Source of the DNA: Methyloligellaceae bacterium
GTDB taxonomy: Bacteria; Pseudomonadota; Alphaproteobacteria; Rhizobiales; CBDCYM01
Length of the DNA: 64,000 nucleotides
Direction: 5' to 3'
Assembly (NCBI GenBank): GCA_965224165.1
Contig: CBDCYM010000011.1
Span: 4,116,476 to 4,180,475 of the forward strand
The notes below the pieces were generated by a model. That model worked only from the letters and a program-made list of their open reading frames with translations, did not search any database and was not told where the DNA came from. Position 1 is the first letter of the stretch; every line of letters begins with the position of its first letter. A program made the translations under genes and the position numbers. Below are positions 58,753 to 64,000 of this stretch, in pieces.

Positions 58753-58946
58753 TATCTGCTGTGAATTCGTCGTTTGTGAAAAAGTCCCTCGGCTTTGCCT
58801 TGGGTCGTACTTTTCCCAGATAAATAAGGGGGTAGTGTCAAATATCTTTTGCAAATTTTATATTCGGCTGGTGGCCCCTTTCCGTCTCAAGCTGTTAAGC
58901 GGTGTTTTAGGGTGGTTCACCCTAAAACCTTGCAGAAAAAAGATGT

Positions 58947-58993
58947 GTTAGCCCATCGCAGAGCCGCCTTAAGATGGGCTAACTTCTTATTTC
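58947..58993 (+). terminator. Hairpin with T-rich tail in the structured hisN-downstream spacer
   Basis: 11-bp perfect stem GTTAGCCCATC (58947-58957) / GATGGGCTAAC (58973-58983), a 15-nt loop, then TTCTTATTTC. Confidence 0.45.
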
Positions 58994-59060
58994 AAAATGA
59001 AGAAAAGTGCACTGAGCGAAGCGAAGGACTTTTCTTCACAGTCAACAAATTCCATCAGAA

Positions 59061-60023
59061 TTAAGTTTGCCCATTATTCCCTAACATGAATGCATCAAAA
59101 GCTGCCCAAAATTGATGGCGCATTTCGTTTTTTTCTTGGAGAATTTCGTGCTCCGCACCTGAAATAACGATATGAGACCCGTTCTTTAACCGAGAGGCAA
59201 AAGCTTCTATGGCTTGCGTTGAAACAACACGATCATTCCCAGCGCTAAAAATTAAAACTGGGACTTGGACCTTGGCAGGAAATTCTTTTGACGTCACCAG
59301 CCGCATAGAGCGGTAAGCGGCTCTCAACCAACCTATCGTCGGTGCTCCCAGACCTAATTCCGGTGCCGTCTCAAGGATTGCTGCAGTGCGATGAAATCGA
59401 TCATAATCCGTCGTTAAAGGATTATCCTCAAAAACCCCCATTTCTTCTAATGAAAGATCCGATCCACCCGGCACATAAGTGCGTTCTAAACCGAAAAAAC
59501 TAAGTACTTCAGCAGCAGAACGAGCAAGAGATTGCGGAAATGGCAATTGAACCTCAGCTAATTGTAGCATGGGTGAAACCAGTACCATCCTTTCAAACCA
59601 GTTGCTACGCATGCGAGCTGCACTGAGAAGAATGTTTGCTCCCATAGAGTGAGCAAGTGCAAAAAAAGGTGGTGGGCAATCTGGCAAGACAACCTGCCTC
59701 ATAAACTCGGCAAGATCGTAATTAAATGTATCAAAATGATCGATATGGCCTTTACGTTTGTTTTTTAACAAATGAACTGAGCCACCTTGACCACGCCAAT
59801 CCATTGTTGCTACGGCAAATCCGCGCAATCGCAAATCGGCTATGACTTCAAAATATTTTTCAATAAATTCTGTGCGTCCGCCAAACAGACATATTGTTCC
59901 CCGGCGCACTGGGCCAGTTGGTGGCCAACAGGCATAACGTAGCTTTTTACCATCACGTCCGGAAAAAGCCCCGGCGACCGCCCCGCTTGGAATAGGATTG
60001 CGGGCAATTCCGACAAGATCCAT
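59061..60023 (-). CDS. Alpha/beta hydrolase (lysophospholipase-like)
   Basis: Nucleophile elbow AHSMGA (GxSxG-type), HG oxyanion region (CLFGGRTEF), and a C-terminal GAEHE His block. Confidence 0.8.
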   Translation of the reverse strand: MDLVGIARNPIPSGAVAGAFSGRDGKKLRYACWPPTGPVRRGTICLFGGRTEFIEKYFEVIADLRLRGFAVATMDWRGQGGSVHLLKNKRKGHIDHFDTFNYDLAEFMRQVVLPDCPPPFFALAHSMGANILLSAARMRSNWFERMVLVSPMLQLAEVQLPFPQSLARSAAEVLSFFGLERTYVPGGSDLSLEEMGVFEDNPLTTDYDRFHRTAAILETAPELGLGAPTIGWLRAAYRSMRLVTSKEFPAKVQVPVLIFSAGNDRVVSTQAIEAFASRLKNGSHIVISGAEHEILQEKNEMRHQFWAAFDAFMLGNNGQT

Positions 60024-60233
60024 GTGTTTTTTCGCTTAATTATATTGATTGTTAAGTCACCCCTTATAGCAATCAGAGTGACTTGCTCAAGACTATTGCT
60101 GCACCCTTTGGGAATCTGAGGAAGAAATCTGTCGTTGAAGGTTAGAATCAAGGACTACCGCATAAAAAAGCGTTAAGTGTGATCAAAAGGGAAAAATCTA
60201 TATTTATCCAATAAAATCAATTTGTTAAAAACT

Positions 60234-60262
60234 CTTGAAACCTGACAACACGTCTCCCATAT
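60234..60262 (+). promoter_or_regulatory. Sigma-32 (RpoH)-type heat-shock promoter
   Basis: CTTGAA (60234-60239), a 16-nt spacer, then CCCATAT (60256-60262), about 95 nt upstream of the hsp20 start. Confidence 0.5.
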
Positions 60263-60269
60263 TTATTTT

Positions 60270-60357
60270 GCACCTGCCTATCAAGGATGTGCAGATTTAA
60301 ACCGCCCGGCCAATTGGCGGGCATGAGCAACATGTCGCTTCACGAGGAGGATATGTG
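60270..60357 (+). promoter_or_regulatory. ROSE-like RNA thermometer in the hsp20 5' UTR
   Basis: The final hairpin CAUGUC(G)CUUC-ACGA-GGAGGAUAUG (60331-60355) pairs the SD GGAGG with a CUUC anti-SD across a bulged G60337. Two further upstream hairpins are present. Confidence 0.55.
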
Positions 60358-60819
60358 ATGAGACACTTTGATTTAGCCCCTCTTTATAGATCAACCATTG
60401 GATTCGACCGTTTGGCGTCTTTAATAGACTCGATGGCCGGATTAGACGGCGAATCTACAGGTTATCCGCCCTACAATATTGAGCGCGTTGATGACAATGC
60501 TTATCGCATCACGATAGCCTTGGCAGGCTTTGATGATGAAGACCTCAATGTCGAGGTTAAGGAGAACGTACTCACTATTCGTGGCGAGAAGACAACCGAG
60601 AAAAATGAGGGTGAATACCTTCATCACGGCATCGCTTCGCGGGCTTTCGAACGTAAGTTCCAGCTTGCCGATTATGTAGAAGTTAGAAGTGCGGAACTCA
60701 AAAACGGACTTCTGCATATTGATCTCGTGCGAGAGGTTCCTGAAGCTTTGAAGCCACGAACAATCGCAATTAACCAGTCTGTTAACGAGCCTAGGGTTAT
60801 TGAGGGCAAGACTGAATAA
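60358..60819 (+). CDS. Hsp20/alpha-crystallin small heat-shock protein (IbpA-like)
   Basis: PPYNIERVDDNAYRITIALAGFDDEDLNVEVKENVLTIRGEK...F.R.F.L alpha-crystallin domain. Confidence 0.93.
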   Translation: MRHFDLAPLYRSTIGFDRLASLIDSMAGLDGESTGYPPYNIERVDDNAYRITIALAGFDDEDLNVEVKENVLTIRGEKTTEKNEGEYLHHGIASRAFERKFQLADYVEVRSAELKNGLLHIDLVREVPEALKPRTIAINQSVNEPRVIEGKTE

Positions 60820-60849
60820 CTTAAAACAAATAAGAACCCAAGAAGAAGA

Positions 60850-60880
60850 GGGCGCCTATGGTGTGTAGGCGCCCCATTTG
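60850..60880 (+). terminator. Terminator-like hairpin after hsp20
   Basis: GGGCGCCT (60850-60857) / AGGCGCCC (60867-60874), a 9-nt loop and a weak tail CATTTG. Confidence 0.45.
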
Positions 60881-61015
60881 CTGATAAAGTCCACATATTT
60901 TCGGGGACTTTTTACTTGTCCAACAGCCATCTCAATTTAAACTGTTCTCTGCAGGATTGATCTGAATCAATTTCAATTGTCTGACCTGTCATATGCTCTG
61001 GTATGGGAGGCAGAT

Positions 61016-62605
61016 ATGATTGATGAACACAAGGACGCGCATCTTAAAGGGGTCAAGCAAGACCAAAGTGAGGTGATTGCGTTTTTGAGTAATCCCAAAT
61101 CCTATTCCTCTTCTCTTTCAAAAGTTGAATGCATTGAAACTCATGGTGCGATGATTTTTCTTGCGGGTGAAGATGTTTATAAGATCAAGAAGGCCGTACA
61201 ATTTTCATACTTAGATTTCTCTACATTGGAGCGTCGGCGCAAAATTTGTGAGCGCGAAGTTAAAATTAATCGACGAACTGCGCCTGATATCTATTTGGGT
61301 GTGATACCCATATGTCGGAATGTATCTGGAAAGCTAACTATTGGCGGGAAAGACAACCCCGTTGAATGGGCAGTTCACATGCGCCGGTTTGATCAAGGAA
61401 ATGTTCTCATTAACATTGCCAAATCAGGGCAATTAACAGAAAAGCTTGTTAAAAAGCTTGCATACGCAATTGCTGGCTATCACGATCAAGCGAGGACCTT
61501 CAGAGACGCAAATGGTATTGATCAAATCTCATCCATTATCGGTGAGCTGGAAACCGCTTTTACATCAGTTCCGGATATTCTAGGCGCTGATGCAATTCAA
61601 ACGTTTTCACAAAAAATAAAACAGCAATTTGAGGAAGCTGAACATTGCCTTCGCTTGCGAGCAAATCGAGGTTACGTGCGCCGCTGCCATGGAGACCTCC
61701 ATCTTGCAAATATCGTACTTATCGAGGGAGAGCCGATTTTATTCGACGCAATTGAGTTCGATGAAGATCTGGCTACAATCGATATCTTCTATGATATTGC
61801 GTTTCTTATTATGGATCTCATGCAATGCGGTCTTAAACACCCCGCAAATCTTTTGCTTAACCGCTATCTCTATCATTCATACGCAACAGCCAACCTTTAT
61901 GGTCTTAAGGCTCTACCGCTTTTTTTGGCGTGCCGGGCCGGCGTCCGCTCGATGGTCGCTATTAACCGGATAGAGCAACTCTCCGGCAACGCAAAAGCTG
62001 ATCATATTGAGCGTGCAAAAACTTATTTTCACTCTGCCTTGAATTATTTAGATCTGTCTCCTCCACGTCTTATTGCAATCGGTGGATTTTCTGGAACGGG
62101 CAAATCCACGCTTTCTGCCGCCCTTGCACCATCCATAGGAAATGCGCCTGGTGCACTGCATCTCAGAAGCGACTTAGAGCGCAAAGCAATGTTTGAAGTG
62201 GACGAAACCGAACACCTCGACCCACAACTTTACACACCGATGATTAATGCGAGGGTCTATGATTTCCTCTTTCAAAAAGCTGTCATCGCACTAAAGACTG
62301 GCCATTCCGTTATTGTTGATGCCGTGCATGCTCAAGACAGTGAACGAAAGGGGATTGAGGAGATCGCACAAAACTTAGGTATACCATTTACAGGACTATG
62401 GCTGACAACGTCACGGGACAAAATGATGTCGCGCGTTACTGAGAGACGCGGTGATGCTTCGGACGCGACCCCGGATATCGTAGAAAAACAGCTAAAGCAA
62501 AGTACGGGACCAATTTCATGGCATAGTGTTGACACAAGTAGATCCATTGCCGAAACCCTGGTGGAAATAGAGAATATCATAAAAACTCCACCGACGAGTT
62601 TGTAA
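61016..62605 (+). CDS. Bifunctional aminoglycoside-phosphotransferase-like kinase domain plus P-loop ATPase/kinase domain protein
   Basis: APH-type catalytic loop CHGDLHLANIVL and, in the C-terminal third, Walker A GGFSGTGKSTLS. The ATG at 61016 lies 5 nt after GGGAGG. Confidence 0.8.
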   Translation: MIDEHKDAHLKGVKQDQSEVIAFLSNPKSYSSSLSKVECIETHGAMIFLAGEDVYKIKKAVQFSYLDFSTLERRRKICEREVKINRRTAPDIYLGVIPICRNVSGKLTIGGKDNPVEWAVHMRRFDQGNVLINIAKSGQLTEKLVKKLAYAIAGYHDQARTFRDANGIDQISSIIGELETAFTSVPDILGADAIQTFSQKIKQQFEEAEHCLRLRANRGYVRRCHGDLHLANIVLIEGEPILFDAIEFDEDLATIDIFYDIAFLIMDLMQCGLKHPANLLLNRYLYHSYATANLYGLKALPLFLACRAGVRSMVAINRIEQLSGNAKADHIERAKTYFHSALNYLDLSPPRLIAIGGFSGTGKSTLSAALAPSIGNAPGALHLRSDLERKAMFEVDETEHLDPQLYTPMINARVYDFLFQKAVIALKTGHSVIVDAVHAQDSERKGIEEIAQNLGIPFTGLWLTTSRDKMMSRVTERRGDASDATPDIVEKQLKQSTGPISWHSVDTSRSIAETLVEIENIIKTPPTSL

Positions 62606-62654
62606 AACGTATAGGGCCCGGCGGGAAGACCGGCTGGACTTGGGTTTGTTGTTG

Positions 62655-62699
62655 TGATCGCCAGATCTAGCAGTTTTTGTCTGCCTGATCTGGCGATCA
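62655..62699. terminator. 13-bp perfect hairpin between convergent genes (possible bidirectional terminator)
   Basis: TGATCGCCAGATC (62655-62667) / GATCTGGCGATCA (62687-62699), with a 19-nt loop containing T5. The flanks are not strongly T-rich. Confidence 0.4.
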
Positions 62700-62712
62700 T
62701 ATATATCCTGCT

Positions 62713-64000
62713 CTAGAATTCAGGAATGCCGGGGAGTATGTCTTCTAAATCAAAACCAATCGGCTCTCCATTAATCGCGTCATCAATAATATCATCAAGG
62801 ATATCAAATGGATCAGGCGCAAATGGCGTTGCTATATTGGGCAGGGTCTCATCAATTGCAGCATAGGCTTCACCAAATATATCGGGTGGCATAAAGTTCT
62901 CGACAATCTTTTGCATATTAATCTCTTTACCACTATCGGCGAATAGCCCTCGAAGTTTGCCATCCTCAAACTTTGCAGTTACATTCCAGCCAAGACCAAG
63001 CCAAGGAGGCGCAACTGCGCTGAGCGCTTTTCCACCAGCTGCTATAGCCGTAAGTATGGCGCGTATTCTAGCCAGATTTTTACCACCTGGAATTCTACCT
63101 AAAATTTTATTGATTGCGGCGGCACTCTCCCCAATCAAAAGAGCTGGATTGATGGCAAAGCCAACACTCACAACGACTTCACCGGCAAAATTGGGGCTAA
63201 GCTCTTGTTCTCCAAGCAAAAAGCCTAAAACAGCAGGCTGTCTCGCTCTGCCCACTAAAGTTGCGGTGACACCGACTCCTCCTGAGACCTTGCTTGTGTC
63301 CATATTCCATATCAGATTGGTGGCAGCACCTCCTAGCGGCCAATTTTTATGGATTCTTTGGTCTTTCAGATTAGCAATGGAGCTATTATTTTTTCTAGCC
63401 GTTGAGGCCAGTCTTTGAGCTGTAAAGATGATATGCTTATCATCATCAAATTCATCGAGCCCAAAAGTGTTGTTGAAGTCATGTAGGTAGAAAGTTGAGG
63501 GGGCAAAGGCGGAATCACCAAGAATTAATTTACCAAGACCCATTCCTGCAACACCAATAGTTGGCGTTCCCAAATCTTCCCAAGTTGCAAACTCATCATC
63601 AGGAATGATCTCAGTCATTTCTGTTGATTCAATGGTATTTTGCCAGGCTTCGTAATAACCAGCTGTAGAAATCCGCTGCTTTTGAATGGCATTGCTAAAG
63701 GCAAGAAGTCCGTCGGTGAAGAGCTCTACAGGGTTGCCTGCAAGAAAGCTGGTTGGGTCGTCGTCAACCCTTTTACCATCAACGAAATAACCCTCGAATC
63801 TACCTCCATTGTCAAATCGAGCTTCCATTTCCCAACTAATGCCCCCCCACAGCTCAAGCCCTGGTGCGGGGGAAGAAAGCAATTTATCAATATCTAGATC
63901 TTTTGCCCATGGCATAACTTGAGCTATAGCGTCTTTAAGGACTTTTCTTTCTGGCGAATCTTTCTGACCAGCAAGTTCAGTAGTGAAGGCAAGTCCGAAT
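62713..64000 (-). CDS. Hypothetical protein with an internal duplicated module and acidic C-terminus; probably 5'-truncated by the window edge
   Basis: The frame stays open from 63915 to base 64000 (FGLAFTTELAGQKDSPERKVLKDAIAQV before MPWAKD), and no SD precedes the ATG at 63915. No family recognised. Confidence 0.6.
   Translation of the reverse strand, partial: FGLAFTTELAGQKDSPERKVLKDAIAQVMPWAKDLDIDKLLSSPAPGLELWGGISWEMEARFDNGGRFEGYFVDGKRVDDDPTSFLAGNPVELFTDGLLAFSNAIQKQRISTAGYYEAWQNTIESTEMTEIIPDDEFATWEDLGTPTIGVAGMGLGKLILGDSAFAPSTFYLHDFNNTFGLDEFDDDKHIIFTAQRLASTARKNNSSIANLKDQRIHKNWPLGGAATNLIWNMDTSKVSGGVGVTATLVGRARQPAVLGFLLGEQELSPNFAGEVVVSVGFAINPALLIGESAAAINKILGRIPGGKNLARIRAILTAIAAGGKALSAVAPPWLGLGWNVTAKFEDGKLRGLFADSGKEINMQKIVENFMPPDIFGEAYAAIDETLPNIATPFAPDPFDILDDIIDDAINGEPIGFDLEDILPGIPEF

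Noticed and set aside
58849-59064. 71-aa plus-strand ORF downstream of hisN.
   Set aside because: It spans three perfect hairpins and ends inside the convergent gene's stop region. It has a non-ATG start and no RBS, so it is likely non-coding structured DNA.

Overview
This 64-kb chromosomal segment has alphaproteobacterial, probably Rhizobiales-like, gene content and order. That placement is an inference from four things: the hisD-UPF0262-LMW phosphatase-infA-maf-yacG synteny, sdhCDAB, a CpdR-type receiver, and a ROSE-like hsp20 leader with rhizobial-style palindromic intergenic repeats. I call about 60 protein-coding genes, mostly housekeeping. They include hisD and a hisN-like gene, dispersed leuC/leuD/leuB, succinate dehydrogenase, dapB, gpmA, nth, pyrD, fdhD-mobA-mobB-moeA, Mrp/ApbC, an RND efflux pair, an L,D-transpeptidase and an M23 peptidase. 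I recognised no rRNA, tRNA, CRISPR array, integrase, transposase or phage gene. Seven things stand out. (1) A three-gene envelope cluster at 25973-31964: a strongly diverged class-A-PBP-like protein, an 848-aa polytopic coiled-coil protein, and an ORF overlapping it by 20 nt, followed by repeat-rich DNA. (2) A five-gene minus-strand operon at 33975-38650: a split SAF+UxaA lyase/dehydratase, two dehydrogenases and a class III CoA-transferase. It resembles the SuyAB/ComC sulfolactate module but does not match it. (3) Tandem paralogous secreted Cys-rich HExxH proteins at 51211-52448. (4) A candidate ~100-nt minus-strand sRNA at 57685-57782, defined by an orphan terminator and carrying CCUCC motifs. 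(5) A 114-bp MITE/RIME-like nested palindrome in three copies, plus several families of short palindromic intergenic repeats, one of which shows a compensatory base change. (6) A frameshifted K+-channel pore remnant that is absent from the ORF track. (7) A sigma-32-type promoter plus a ROSE-type RNA thermometer upstream of hsp20. All functional calls rest on motif-level reading of the translated ORFs by eye. No database search or folding computation was possible.
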